Notes: generated by a model from the letters alone, not told the origin. A DNA stretch of 63,542 bases, filler included, from Reticulomyxa filosa (GCA_000512085.1; 20 parts of 20 records of this genome joined end to end with filler, not necessarily neighbours in it), one strand, 5' to 3'; numbered from the whole stretch's first letter, positions 52,126 through 63,542 are shown. Numbers and translations are program-made.

Positions 52126-54545
52126 TCACTCCAAAATGATTGAGTAATTATCTTTGAAAATTTTGGATTTCAATCCCTTGGAATTTTCAAACTTAACATA
52201 CACGTTTTTCTCTTCACCTGGTAAAGGATCTGCTTGATTGTTCTTCAGCAATTTAATTGTAAAGTTTGGTGTCGTGTGTTTTTCGTGTCGTCTTAATCGA
52301 GACAGTCGTCGTTCTCGCACATAGTCATTCAGTTTAGTGGTAATGTCCACCAAGCGAGGCTATAATTCGTCAATAAAGAAAGTTATGTTTATTGTAAACT
52401 TAAAACCTTCTCTTCCCTCCTCGAACAACAAAATCAGCACGTAACTCCAGCACCAAATTTAGCAGAAACAACAGTCGGATTCAAATCTTTGATATATCTG
52501 TCGAGTTGTCTTTTCAGTCGTATTGCCTCTCTTTCTGACGCACAAGAAATGTGGTTCTCCATTATCTTATTTAACTATAAGTGATAGTAACAAATTATAG
52601 CAGAAAATTTTGGATATGTCTGTCTATTTTCTCTCCTCTTTGTTTTATGTTTTTTCCTTTGGATAACATACATTTAAGTCCATGTCCTTGGAAATTGTCT
52701 TAATAGTTTGCTTCACGCGCAAAATTTCAACTGGAGAGGTATCTTGCAAATCGACATAGCAATAACATCTCAATATGACATCCGTCCCACTTACTTCGCA
52801 GTTTGCCAACACACGTGACGATTTCAGAAATTTTAGACCATGTCTTGGACCACTCAGCGAGCCCAACAAATCATCATGAACAAACGATTCCTCCGCCTTT
52901 GTGGGAATGTATAAAATGTAGAGCCACATGTCGGCCTCGGGTGCAAAATCTCCAAATTTCAAGCGCATTGGTTTTAATCCCTCCAAATCGAGTGTGTTAT
53001 CCGTTTCGTCCAAATGTTTTCTGACAATTTCGGTGACATTGATACTGGTTTTCGTCATGGTTGTGTGTTTTGGCACTGTGGATCGGAATTGCAAGTGAGA
53101 CACACCAAAGTAGGCCGATATGATTTTTTCAACGTTTTGTACTTTTTTCTCTTTGGTATCTTCTTCAAAATGGACTTTTTCTGAAGCAACAAGGCACAAA
53201 CATCATTGAGGTTGTATTTCTCTCAGCGTCTTATTGTCTCCCTCTATTTTTTTTTGTTCCCCTTTTTTTTTTTTTTTTTTCAGAGTGACCCAACTCGCAA
53301 CGCGTGCAATAGCAATGCGCAAGTTACTTGCCAACACGGCATATTCTTCGTTTTGGATTGGTTGTGCCACCATAAGTCGTTCGTGTTCTCTCATTTCGAC
53401 CAACTCCAAAGCCCCAACATTTCTGGTTTGTTCGTCATCTAATCCACACTTTCCTATTTCCCACAAAATATTTTGGTATTGAGCGGAAATGGCCGAAAAC
53501 GGTTTCATTGCCACTCCCGGCCGCAACAACCTGGGCAGTCGCTTTCTTTCAATTGGCGGAAGACTGGACATGTCAATGAAAGTCGCCGTATTGGCTATAC
53601 CATTCAACGTATTGGAGGCAAGATCGACCACACCGGTTAAAGGTTTGAACACCAATCCGGTTACTCCCTGGACCAATCCTTTTCCAATGCCCATGGCACC
53701 ATCTTTTTTTGGCTCCTTCAATTGGCTTTGTTATAATTCCAGTAATGCCATCAAAAAGATCTGATTTTGAGTTTTTTTGTTTTTTTTTTTTTTTTTATTT
53801 TTTTTTTTTAAAAAAAAACGAAAGTGTAATCATACGTATACATTTAAAAAAAACAAAGATAGGAACACGTAAGCAAGAAGTAACTTGTGCCAAGGGAAGT
53901 AACACCTCGAACAAAGCCATCACCGACATGTTTTGGCTTTCCTCTCGCTTGCTGAATCCTTCTTTCGGCTTGATAATCTTCGTCCAACGTCATAATTTGC
54001 GTTGCTTGACTGACGGTAGTGGTGACTTTGGAGGCAGCTCCAAAGACTCCGGAAATGGTTTTGGACACCAAACTCGATGTCCCTTTGCTAATGCCGCGGG
54101 TGAAGGCCATGGGACTCTCCACCAACCCTTGGGCAGGCTCGTAAAAGAAATCCTTAACACCCGTGCCCACGTTTCCAACCAATTCCATCGGGTTCCCCAA
54201 CAAGTTCAAAGACCCAAACAACTTAAAGCCTTCGCGCAACGCCTGTTGGCGATAATGCGAGACAATTGGATTGATCAACGTCTCCGTGCCTCCGTACGCA
54301 TTTTCCACTGAAAACGAATTGAATCTCATCGGCGCACTTTCAATGTCTCCGAGCATGGTTATAAGAGTATTGATCAAGTTTGTGACGAGCCACACGATCG
54401 GATTGGTACCTATCGAATGCGGTCGACTTATGGCATCCACGCAAAACGATATATCAATTGCCAAGGGTTGAAAATGAAAAGTTTTGAAAAAGTATCGTTG
54501 CAAAGCTCCAGGACGGAATTCGAGATATTGTCTGGAGTTGCACAA
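52126..54545 (-). CDS. VPS13: VPS13-family lipid transfer protein, C-terminal exons
   Basis: LFGSLNLLGNP...GTGVKDFFYEP, GLVQGVTGLVFKPLTGVVDL, RKRLPR. The 3' end is uncertain. Confidence 0.92.
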
Positions 54546-54630
54546 TATAAGTTTCTATATGTATATGGTTATACGTATACGTATTTATTTATTATATATA
54601 TATATATATGTATATGTATATGAACATATA

Positions 54631-54665
<35 letters not shown>

Positions 54666-54811
54666 NNNNNNNNNNNNNNNNNNNNNNNNNNNNNNNNNNN
54701 NNNNNNNNNTTAATTAATTAANNNNNNNNNNNNNNNNNNNNNNNNNNNNNNNNNNNNNNNNNNNNTTATTTATTATTTATTATAATGTTTTTTATTTTCA
54801 TTAAATACCTA

Positions 54812-55114
54812 ACCTTCTTCTGACGATTTTCCTTCTGACAACCCATATCCCTCGTAATCATATGCCAATAAATTAACACCTAAATCTTCTGATAATGCTT
54901 TAAAACCATATTGGGAACTTATCAAATCTTCTGCGTTTCCATGACTATACAAAATGGTGTAGTCGTTGTCCTCCTTATAAAACCATAACGCTGCTATTTT
55001 ACTCCCGCCTTTTGTTACTATCTGTTTGAAGTCGGTGTGCGTTCCCAAGTCTTTCTTGTCTTCTTCGTCATGTTGTGGAGGTAAAAACGCCAGTTGATTC
55101 ACAACACCTCCCAT
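54812..55114 (-). CDS. ABHD17/ABHD13-like alpha/beta hydrolase, first exon
   Basis: MGGVVNQLAFLPP, TILYSHGNAEDL, LLAYDYEGYGLSEG. Confidence 0.9.
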
Positions 55115-55556
55115 GGCCAAACACGTTTGCTTTAAAATTGTTTATATACTCACACAAGTAAGTTTTGTTGGGGAAAAAGAACTTCCGTTGTACGATTGTA
55201 ATATAAAAATTAACACGAAATTTGTTTTTTGTAATACAATTTTTACGTGGATTGGAGCATTCATTCCAAATCCAAAAAGAAGCACACATTAATACCTAAT
55301 TTTCTCAATTGAATAATTTTATGGTTGATTTCACTTAAAAACACACGAAATTTGTCACTTTGACTTTTCCATAAAAAAAACGATTACACCAACATCTGAG
55401 GAATGATCTTTTTGCTTTTTGAGCTAGTTAGTGGAGCAACAAGAGACAAAACTCAAATCAAAGCCAGAAAAAACTTAATTGCTTTCACAAAACCCCTTCC
55501 CAAACTCCACGACAACTTTAATTCAGTCCCCCCCCTTTGACAAAAAAAAAAAGTAT

Positions 55557-56842
55557 TTAAAGCGTCTTAGCAAATGATTGCAGAACCTCATTTGCAGCAT
55601 CTTTGATGTCTTGAATTGCTTGCCGTACTTGTTCGAGCTGCGTTCTCTGTGACAGAATGACCATTCTTAGACAAAATACATCAACACCTTTACCTTTTTC
55701 GTTTGATTCGCTCTTTGCACAACTGCGAATAGCAGACAAAACAATATTGCCGCGTTTGTTAACACTGTCCAGTAAATCTCGATTCATTTTATCTTTTATT
55801 TCTTCATCAGTGTCATCCAATTCCAAACGGAAAGCGAAGATTGTCAATTTTGGTTGAGTCATGATTTTAATATATGGAATAGCAGCAATTTGTTGCACAG
55901 CATATTGAGTCAAATCTAATTTCAATTCCAATTCTTTTCGGAATACGTCCATGCCATACATTTTAATAGGCAGCCAAACACCTAACCCGCGAAAACGCCG
56001 AGACAGTTCCGGTCCCATATCACTTAAGTCATTTGGAATCCCATCGAGAGAATAAGGCTCGTGCATATAGGCCCCGGTTGCTTTGTTAGCTTTCAGCAAC
56101 GAACGTTTATCTCGAACTAACAGGCAGCCAGTCCCATAGGGTAGGAAGAATGACTTGTGGGGATCCAACACAACGCTATCGGCACGTTCAATTCCTTGCC
56201 ATCCGGGCATATTATATTAGTGTATTATAGTGTACCAACCACGGTTCTCTCAAAAGCGAAAGGAGGAGTAGTTTAGTGTTTTGTAACCAACGCACACACT
56301 ACACTCATTATCATACCTTTCAACAGTTGAGAGCCTCTTTGAGTTAACGCGAAAAAGCCACCGTACGCACCGTCTACGTGTTTCCATATCCCGTATTTGT
56401 CTCCAATTTCACACACTTTGTCAATGTTATCGACAGAACCAGTGTTGGTCGTGCCACCCACGGCCACAACCATCATTGGAATGAACCCTTTCTCCAAATC
56501 CTCTTGGATTCGCTGTTCCATTATCTCTGTTTTAATCGTGAAGTCAGAATGCGTCGGAATGTATCGAACATTTGACTGGGGAATACCGCACATCTGAATT
56601 CCTTGATCTATACAATAATGGCTTTGCTCGCTAACGTACACGGTTAACTTCAATATGTCTTCGGGCTTTTTCATATCTACACGACCAGTCGCATAAAAAA
56701 AAAAAAAAAAAAAAAAATTTTTGGTATTGTTTGCGTAAATACGTATACGTTCAACGTAATTCGACCACTTTTGGTACAAAGGATAAAAAAAACAAAACAA
56801 AACAACTTAACAATGACACCGAGCAGCATGGATTGCTTGAAA
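55557..56842 (-). CDS. Group II PLP-dependent amino-acid decarboxylase, 3' part, 2 introns visible
   Basis: YVSEQSHYCI, GGTTNTGSVD, HVDGAYGG, ADSVVLDPHK (PLP lysine), PELSRRFRGL. Confidence 0.93.
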
Positions 56843-56994
56843 NNNNNNNNNNNNNNNNNNNNNNNNNNNNNNNNNNNNNNNNNNNNTTAATTAATTAANN
56901 NNNNNNNNNNNNNNNNNNNNNNNNNNNNNNNNNNNNNNNNNNACTTTTTAATCTATTTCTTTTAGTTTCGAAAGAAGTCTAATATAAAAATCCA

Positions 56995-57573
56995 AGTATC
57001 TCAGGCAAAGCGTCTAAAGAGCCTTGAGCTGGAGAATTCACGATTGAAGCGTGCAGTGGCAGAATTGACGTTAAATAACTTAGTACTTAAGGACGTAGCT
57101 GAGGGAAACTAATAAGCGCTGAGCAGAAGCGTAAAGCAGTAACGTTAGCTTGCCAGAAGTATGGGACATCAGAGCGCAAATCATGCAAATTTCTATCTAT
57201 TCCACGTTCTGTCCAGCGTTATACCCCTAAGAAAGCAAATGATGAAGAAGCACTTCAGCAAGATATTGTAAGGCTGGCACGTAAGTATGGGCGTTATGGT
57301 TATCGCCGAATAACAGCATTACTTAAAGCTGCTGGTTGGCGTGTTAACCATAAGAGAGTAGAACGTATATGGCGCAGGAAAGGTTTAAAAGTTCCAGGAA
57401 GGCAGCCTAAACGTGGAAGGCTATACTTTAATGATGGTAGCTGTATTAGGCCTGGACCGTTAGATCCCAATCATGTGTGGAGCTATGGTTTTGTTGCAGA
57501 TAGGTTGGCAAATGGTAAGAAGCTAAGGATATTAACAGTAATAGATGAATATAGTCGCAAATGCTTGGCAATC
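56995..57573 (+). mobile_element. Truncated IS3-family insertion sequence (end of orfA, 5' half of orfB)
   Basis: orfA ...ENSRLKRAVAELTLNNLVLKDVAEGN*. Slippery heptamer G-GGA-AAC at 57103-57109. The -1 frame gives YGYRRI, VNHKRVERIW, NHVWSYGF, LTVIDEYSR. The first catalytic D appears as G. Confidence 0.92.
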
Positions 57574-58681
57574 CCAAAAATAGAAGAGCTTGGTAAAGAA
57601 AAAGATGGTTTAAGCAAAGAATTAAAAGAAATCGAAAAAGCTTAGAAAGAAGTTAAATCTACCTTAAAACAACTGGATAAAGATCATAAAAAATGCATAC
57701 ATCTAGACAAAACGCTCGATAATGAGATAAAAACTGCACAAACAGATAAAGAAAAATTTGAACAAAAAGATAAAAAAATCGATGAACTAAAGGAAAAAGT
57801 TGATAAAAGAGTCAAAAATGCTGATGAAAAATTAGAGAATAAGGGTAAGGAAAAGCTCAGCTTAGGAGGTAAGTTACAAAAAGCATTTATGCCGCATGAT
57901 GGTAAAAGCGGTTTATTTAATCCTTTAAAACTGGTGGTTGGGATAGTAGCAGTCGCTACAACTTTAGTAGCTGAAGCAGTTAAACAGACTACAAAATTGA
58001 TTGGCAAAGGATGTGAAAAATTAGGTGAAGTTATGGGTAAACCATTGACTGCAGCGTTAGAAAAAATTTCATTAATCCCATGGAGCAGCTAAAGTTGGAA
58101 TGGGAGTTGTAGTAGCAGTAGCCGGAGTATTAAAAGGTGTCGGCTCCGCTATTAGTGTTTCAGGTAGTGCAATAGAAGCATCTGGTAAAATTGCTGCTAG
58201 CGGTATAGAAATGACTGGTTCTGTCGCTAAACTTGTATCAGCTCCATTTACTGGGCAATCTTACGGCAATGTCTACAAAGCTGCAGTAGACTTAGGAGCG
58301 AATGTATTACAAGCTGCTCCTAGGGTTGTGAAAGGTATTGGACATGAAGTCCAACAAGTTGGTTTTAATGTAGGTAATGAAAAGATGGCTAAAGTAGGTG
58401 GAGTAATTCAGGCTAGTGGTAAAGCGGTATCAGGTACTTTAGCAGCGGGGGAAGAACTTTTTAAGGGTAGTAAAGAAAAAGCTAGTCACAGTGTGGATTA
58501 TACAAAAGCAAAAATACACGAATTAGCAGCATCAAAAGAAGCTAAATCAGCTGCAGGAGAAATAAGAGAGTAACTTACAAAGGCCAAAGAAACTGGGAGT
58601 GAAAAGAGAGAGGCTGCAGCTAAAGTGCGTGCAGAAAAGATTCAAGAGAAAAAAGAAGCCAATCAAGGTAGAGGAGTATAA
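57574..58681 (+). pseudogene. Coiled-coil + Gly/Ala/Val-rich hydrophobic protein pseudogene (bacterial)
   Basis: One reading path interrupted by TAG 57643-57645, a frameshift near 58080 and TAA 58571-58573. Ends ...KKEANQGRGV* at 58681. Confidence 0.65.
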
Positions 58682-58687
58682 TAAACT

Positions 58688-59413
58688 CTACTTTACCAAG
58701 TGATCAAACAATAGATTTCTTGCGATAGGTAAGTTTTTTTGCAAAGGCTGGAATAAATTTTTTTCTAAAAAGTACCCCGACATTTTAAAGCATTCTGATA
58801 TATCAGCTAAGGTGATCAGAGCATTACTGTCTGCTAAAAAAGCTGGCAGCCTAAACAATTTATCATGGTAAGGTTTGCCTATATCTTCTGAAACCGCAGC
58901 TGCAGATTTGGGGGAGATATAAACTAAATTTTCTAGTGTGCCTGAGACTACACATTTACTCAAATCTAAGCCAAAACCACAAGTTGCCAATAATCCAAAC
59001 AATTCAAATTTTAAATATTCTATGATGATATCGTGAATGCTCTGTGAAGTAGCGAGATAATCGATTAAATGTTCTAAGTGTAAAAATAATTTTGGCTGAG
59101 GTTCCTTTTCTGCTAGGGCTTTGACAATTAAATTTAGTGCGGAATGTAACGCCATTATATTTAATTTATGCATTGAAATAGCAGGAATAGGATTGGAGAT
59201 AATCTCAAAAGTAAACATTCCTAAATGTTCTTCCAACCTGCCTTTCCATATAGCATTTACCGTACTGCCGATCGGTGGTTCTTGCATGTACTTTTTATTT
59301 GGTTTGAATAATCCATGCACAATTCCAGTGCTTTCGTAAAAGCATTTTATGATATAGCTTTTTTCTTGAAATTTTTTAGCTGCAACTAAAATGCCTTTCT
59401 CTTCAATAATCAT
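58688..59413 (-). CDS. recO: DNA repair protein RecO
   Basis: 241 aa with WKGRLEEHLG, EPQPKLF, GFGLDLSKCVVSG, LVYISPKSAAAVS and PYHDKLFRLP, typical of alphaproteobacterial RecO. Confidence 0.95.
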   Translation of the reverse strand: MIIEEKGILVAAKKFQEKSYIIKCFYESTGIVHGLFKPNKKYMQEPPIGSTVNAIWKGRLEEHLGMFTFEIISNPIPAISMHKLNIMALHSALNLIVKALAEKEPQPKLFLHLEHLIDYLATSQSIHDIIIEYLKFELFGLLATCGFGLDLSKCVVSGTLENLVYISPKSAAAVSEDIGKPYHDKLFRLPAFLADSNALITLADISECFKMSGYFLEKNLFQPLQKNLPIARNLLFDHLVK

Positions 59414-59476
59414 CGCTGATAAATAATGCTAGGTTACTTGTATCATTAATAAGATAATAAATTCAATGGTGCAAAG

Positions 59477-59626
59477 CTACTCTTTTCGCTCTTCATCAAA
59501 TAAAATTCGTTCTGCTGAACCTTTTAGGTCATCGTATTGTTTATTTTTAATTGACCATAACAATGCTGCCAACCCAATGAGGCTGAACAAAATTGTTAAA
59601 GGGATTAAATATATAAAAATACCCAT
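59477..59626 (-). CDS. ccoS: cbb3-type cytochrome oxidase maturation protein CcoS/FixS (49 aa)
   Basis: Below the ORF-track cutoff. MGIFIYLIPLTILFSLIGLAALLWSIKNKQYDDLKGSAERILFDEERKE matches the CcoS pattern LIP...W....QYDDL...A.RIL.D. Confidence 0.92.
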   Translation of the reverse strand: MGIFIYLIPLTILFSLIGLAALLWSIKNKQYDDLKGSAERILFDEERKE

Positions 59627-59634
59627 TTATAATT

Positions 59635-60027
59635 TTATTTGCATTTATCCAATATATTATTAATGAAGCCAACTTCTCCATCATGATGGAAAATTTTGGC
59701 AATTTCCAGATATTCATCAATAATTATTGATTTGGAAAGATCAGATTCTAAATTTAATTCGCATACCCCAACTCTTAAAATCTGACGCACTAATTTAGGC
59801 AGTCTATCAATTTTCCATTCTTTCGAAATAAGCGAAGATATGGTTTCATCGATAGAAATAATGTTATTTACAGTTCCTTTAACCAGCGTAATTAAATATT
59901 TTGAATTTACTTTTTTAAAATTTGAGAATTTTTGCGTATCAAAATTATTAATATCAAGCGTATCGAGAATTACTTTCTCAATTTCTAATTCATTTAACCT
60001 AGTTTCATAAGCATATAACGCTTGTAC
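59635..60027 (-). CDS. nusB: Transcription antitermination factor NusB, 5'-partial
   Basis: VQALYAYE...IDETISSLISKEWKIDRL...ILRVGVCEL...IIIDEYLEIAKIF...GFINNILDK. Confidence 0.93.
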   Translation of the reverse strand, partial: VQALYAYETRLNELEIEKVILDTLDINNFDTQKFSNFKKVNSKYLITLVKGTVNNIISIDETISSLISKEWKIDRLPKLVRQILRVGVCELNLESDLSKSIIIDEYLEIAKIFHHDGEVGFINNILDKCK

Positions 60028-62386
60028 NNNNNNNNNNNNNNNNNNNNNNNNNNNNNNNNNNNNNNNNNNNNTTAATTAATTAANNNNNNNNNNNNNNNNN
60101 NNNNNNNNNNNNNNNNNNNNNNNNNNNTTGCCCAAGTAAAGGGCATTTTATTCATATAATTTTTTTTTTTTTAAAAATGATCATAATTGTTCGTCTACAG
60201 AAAAATTTAAATAATCATGACCTATTTATGTAACATGAATCACACTTTTTAAATCTTTACAAAATATTTGAAAAATTATTATAATCAACAAGATATCACT
60301 TTGTCAATATAAGTAATCGATATATTTGCAATTTCTTTAATCAACATTACATTATTTCAGTAGATTATCGTTTTGTATGAAAATATTGATTGACAAAACG
60401 GACAAGTAATGCAAAATTGCTTATTCATCAATGTAGAACCAGTTATAAGTATAAGACATTTGAATATTTTTTTTTGACCAGTTGTCTTTAAATTTGCTTG
60501 CAACAGCAAAGTAGAATAAAAGTTAGCAAAAAATTAAGAGAATCTTATTATCTTTTGTGCAAAGGTCAGTGATTGTGTGATATTGATTTGTCAATTTGTT
60601 AACTTGTGATTAAAATTTTTTAGTTATACAAGTTACACTGGACCACAGATTTTGACATCAAAAATATGTAACTTGATATCTTCAATTTTTTTATTGAATA
60701 GATAAATCACCTTTTCTTTTTGAGTATTGTGTGAAATGTGATAAATCGAGTGGTACTTGTCATAAGGAAAAAAAGAATAATTGAAAATATTATTTGTTTG
60801 CATTGATAAAATAAGCTGAAATCTTTTTTTCTCATAATAATATAATATTTTTATTAAATGATTTAGATTATTGCTTCACACATACACTTTTGCAATCAAA
60901 TGATCTTAACATTGGACAAGTAAATCGAAATTTATCCAATTGTGTTCATATATTATATGTTTTCTGGTTATTAGTTTATAAATTATGACATTATTCTTTG
61001 CACATTTGTGCAAAAAAAAAAAAAGTTGACATATTTGCGTTTATAGAATATTAAATTTGATTTATTGTTTATTATTTGTAACTGTTGGATCAGTCAAACT
61101 AAGTACTACTATATTAGAGACACCAGCTTTTATGATAATGATGCGTACCGAAAATATGCTTATTATATTATAGTGTTGTAGTTTTCACTCACATTTGCAA
61201 TATACAATTCCTCATTATAGTGAAACGTCACTTAATGTGGGCGTGCAACAGTTATACACCAATTAATTTTTCCTTTTAAAATGTAAAAGATAGTACGAAA
61301 GAATAGGATTATGTTCCTTCATCATTTCTCATTGTCCTACCAAATGCAAAAAGGTTGGATATATTAATTAAAATATTTGAGAATGAAATATATTACAATT
61401 AAAACATGTACAATTTCCATAAAATTGTAATGTAATAAAATCAAAACAATGACATTAGGTCATCAGAATTACAAGAAGATTGGTAGAAGCTCGTGTGACA
61501 AACAATAAAGAAATAAATGTCAATGGATTTTATTTGATTGATTATAAGTAATAATTTGATTTAATTATATTCAAGGTATCTTGTTTTTTTTTATATATTA
61601 AAAATAAACATCAATAATAATATTTTTAGACACGTAATTCTGTAAGACTTCAGTTTATGAATATTCTTTTCTTTTCGAATTGCATTTTTTTTTATTCATT
61701 ACAATAATTTTTCAAATATATATATATATCTTCAAAAGATAAAAGAAGGAAGAAATTTATGTATTCGATAAATAATGAATCAAACAAGTATTTTATAACG
61801 ATAAAATATTTGTGATTTTTAATTTCAAATGGACTGACCAGATTGACAATAAGTGCATCTGCTTAAAATAGCACCACTATAAAATAAGAAAATCTGTTCT
61901 GAAGATCAAACAAATACGAGAACACGATAACATATATAATTTCGATTGAATAATCAAAACATAAATTTGAAAGTATCATTGATTTTAATACATATTACAG
62001 AATATGTTGTTATCAATGAGTCTCTTCCTAAAATGATTCTAATAATAATTTCAGCAGTCTTATTTTATTTTTTATTTTTTTTGTGCAGAGATATTTGAAG
62101 TTACAAGCAAAGACATGAATGACTCAGTACTTGCATTCATGTGATCAAAAACGACTGTAATATTGATTGAATATTTATTATTTAAACTTATTTTCGTGTT
62201 AAATACGCATAAATTAAAACAAAACAAAAAAAAATTTTATCAACAATTATGATACTACAGTAAGATAAAAAAGAAAGTTGACACCTNNNNNNNNNNNNNN
62301 NNNNNNNNNNNNNNNNNNNNNNNNNNNNNNTTAATTAATTAANNNNNNNNNNNNNNNNNNNNNNNNNNNNNNNNNNNNNNNNNNNN

Positions 62387-62904
62387 CCAACAAGCTCGCC
62401 GAGTCGCAGTCCCATGCTCAGGCGCAGGCGGTCGAGCTGGCCCAGTTGCGCGAGCGCTTGGCCGCGTCGGAACAAACGAATCGGGCGGACGCCGAGAAGC
62501 ACGCCGCCGAGCTGGCCCGTGCCCATGAAGCTGCCGAGCGTCTGCGCGTCGAGCTGGAAGCCTTGCGCAAGTCCTCAGCCGCCGAGCTGGATCAGGTGCG
62601 GGTGGAGCTGGCCAGCGTCAAAGCCACGGCAGAAAGCGACTTGCGTCATGCCCGCGAAGAGGCGCGCAATCACCAGCTCGCGACCGAGCAGGCCAATGGT
62701 CTGCTGGCCCACGTCCGGGATGAGCTTTCGCAGGCCCGCAATCAGGCCTCAGAGGCACGGGAAGAAGCTGCCCGCCTGCGTGGTCAGGTCGAGGCCATCG
62801 AAGGCCAGCGCGCCGAACTGGTCAAGGTCTTGGCCGAGCGGCCGGTGGCAGCAGAGAAGGGCGCGGACAAGGCTGAAAAGCCAGCAGGGAAGGGTACCAA
62901 GTGA
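62387..62904 (+). CDS. KfrA-like plasmid coiled-coil DNA-binding protein, 3' part
   Basis: GC-rich contig. A/E/R-rich heptads ending AREEAARLRGQVEA, reminiscent of KfrA C-termini. The N-terminal domain is off contig. Confidence 0.6.
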
Positions 62905-63200
62905 GCACGCCGCGCAGGATCGCGGCGCTGATCGACGACCTGCGGCTGACCGCATCGAGCTTGCAGCAGGTCATCGACGGTTGCCAGATCGCCGGGCCGG
63001 GGGCCGAGCTGATCCAGCATTACCCCAAGATGCTGTGCGAGCTGGCCACGCGCTGGGAAAGCGAAGCCGAGCGGGTGGAGTGGCCCGAGGACTTGCCGCG
63101 CGAAGAGGTTTTCACACCCGCCGAGGTCGCTGCCATCGACGCCACCGAGGCCTTGCTGGGCAAGCTGCGCGGCGACGACTCAATCGGCGTGCGGCGGTAG
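62901..63200 (+). CDS. Hypothetical protein (99 aa), translationally coupled to the upstream gene
   Basis: GTG start overlaps the upstream TGA (GTGA). Purine-rich SD-like GGGAAGGG upstream. GC-rich third positions. Confidence 0.7.
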   Translation: MSTPRRIAALIDDLRLTASSLQQVIDGCQIAGPGAELIQHYPKMLCELATRWESEAERVEWPEDLPREEVFTPAEVAAIDATEALLGKLRGDDSIGVRR

Positions 63201-63542
63201 GTCGAGAGGCTGCGGGCGAGACGGCGGGCGGTGTCCGCGCTGAAAGGCTCACCGATGACCACCACCCGCTTTTCGCCGAACTGCTCGCGGGCCGGTGCGC
63301 CCCATGCCGGGGGCACCAGACACACGACGGCCTCGCACTGGGCCAGTTGGCCGTTGCTCCGCAGGGCTGCAAACACACACCCGGCCTCATAGCTGATCCA
63401 GAACCGCAGATCGCGGTCGCGCGGGGTGTCCGGCGTCAGCATCAGGCGCTCGCGCAGCTCGGGCGGGTAGGCCTCGCAGACTTCGGCGGCCGACAGCTTG
63501 GCCGAATGGAACACCGCCACGTTGATGTTCGGACGGTGCGCG
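63020..63542 (-). CDS. Hypothetical bacterial protein, 5'-partial, convergent and overlapping
   Basis: Open from the window end with GC-rich third positions. The last ~60 codons overlap the opposite-strand gene. Confidence 0.5.
   Translation of the reverse strand, partial: AHRPNINVAVFHSAKLSAAEVCEAYPPELRERLMLTPDTPRDRDLRFWISYEAGCVFAALRSNGQLAQCEAVVCLVPPAWGAPAREQFGEKRVVVIGEPFSADTARRLARSLSTYRRTPIESSPRSLPSKASVASMAATSAGVKTSSRGKSSGHSTRSASLSQRVASSHSILG

Noticed and set aside
12290-58681. Stop-codon reassignment or readthrough explaining in-frame stops
   Set aside because: All three stop types occur together with frameshifts, and only in decayed loci. Long conserved exons have no internal stops.
60128-62286. 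Genes on the AT-rich contig
   Set aside because: No ORF of 60 aa or more and no recognisable motif.
6628-62386. Recurring TTAATTAATTAA as a CRISPR-like or biological repeat
   Set aside because: Always embedded in fixed N44 flanks; it is an assembly linker with six-frame stops.
1-63542. rRNA/tRNA genes
   Set aside because: No conserved rRNA segments or tRNA cloverleafs seen by eye. A tRNAscan/Infernal run would be needed to exclude them.

Overview
This window is not one locus. It is 20 short, unrelated contigs joined by 19 artificial 100-bp linkers (N44-TTAATTAATTAA-N44). Eighteen contigs look like an AT-rich, intron-containing protist genome. The decayed WD40 and Kelch/SAM/U-box families point to the foraminiferan Reticulomyxa filosa or a relative (inference). 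Recognisable eukaryotic genes: an MHS-family MFS transporter, an RNAi-type RNA-dependent RNA polymerase, two Rab GTPases (one is Rab7), a 7TM-RGS protein, an orphan GPCR-like protein, a dual-specificity phosphatase, a Pumilio/PUF protein, V-ATPase subunit a, VPS13, an ABHD17-like hydrolase and a bacterial-type PLP decarboxylase. There are also LINE fragments and several pseudogenes. Two contigs are bacterial: an AT-rich Rickettsiales-like one (truncated IS3, decayed coiled-coil gene, recO, ccoS, nusB) and a GC-rich plasmid-like one (KfrA-like). The most interesting signals are: (1) a RanBP2/NZF-type zinc finger inserted inside the RdRP catalytic domain; (2) introns with self-complementary ends and A-tract rather than pyrimidine-tract acceptors; (3) a cbb3-oxidase assembly gene in the putative endosymbiont; (4) a ~1 kb segment bounded by 35-bp inverted repeats. 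Exon boundaries were inferred by eye and no database searches were run.
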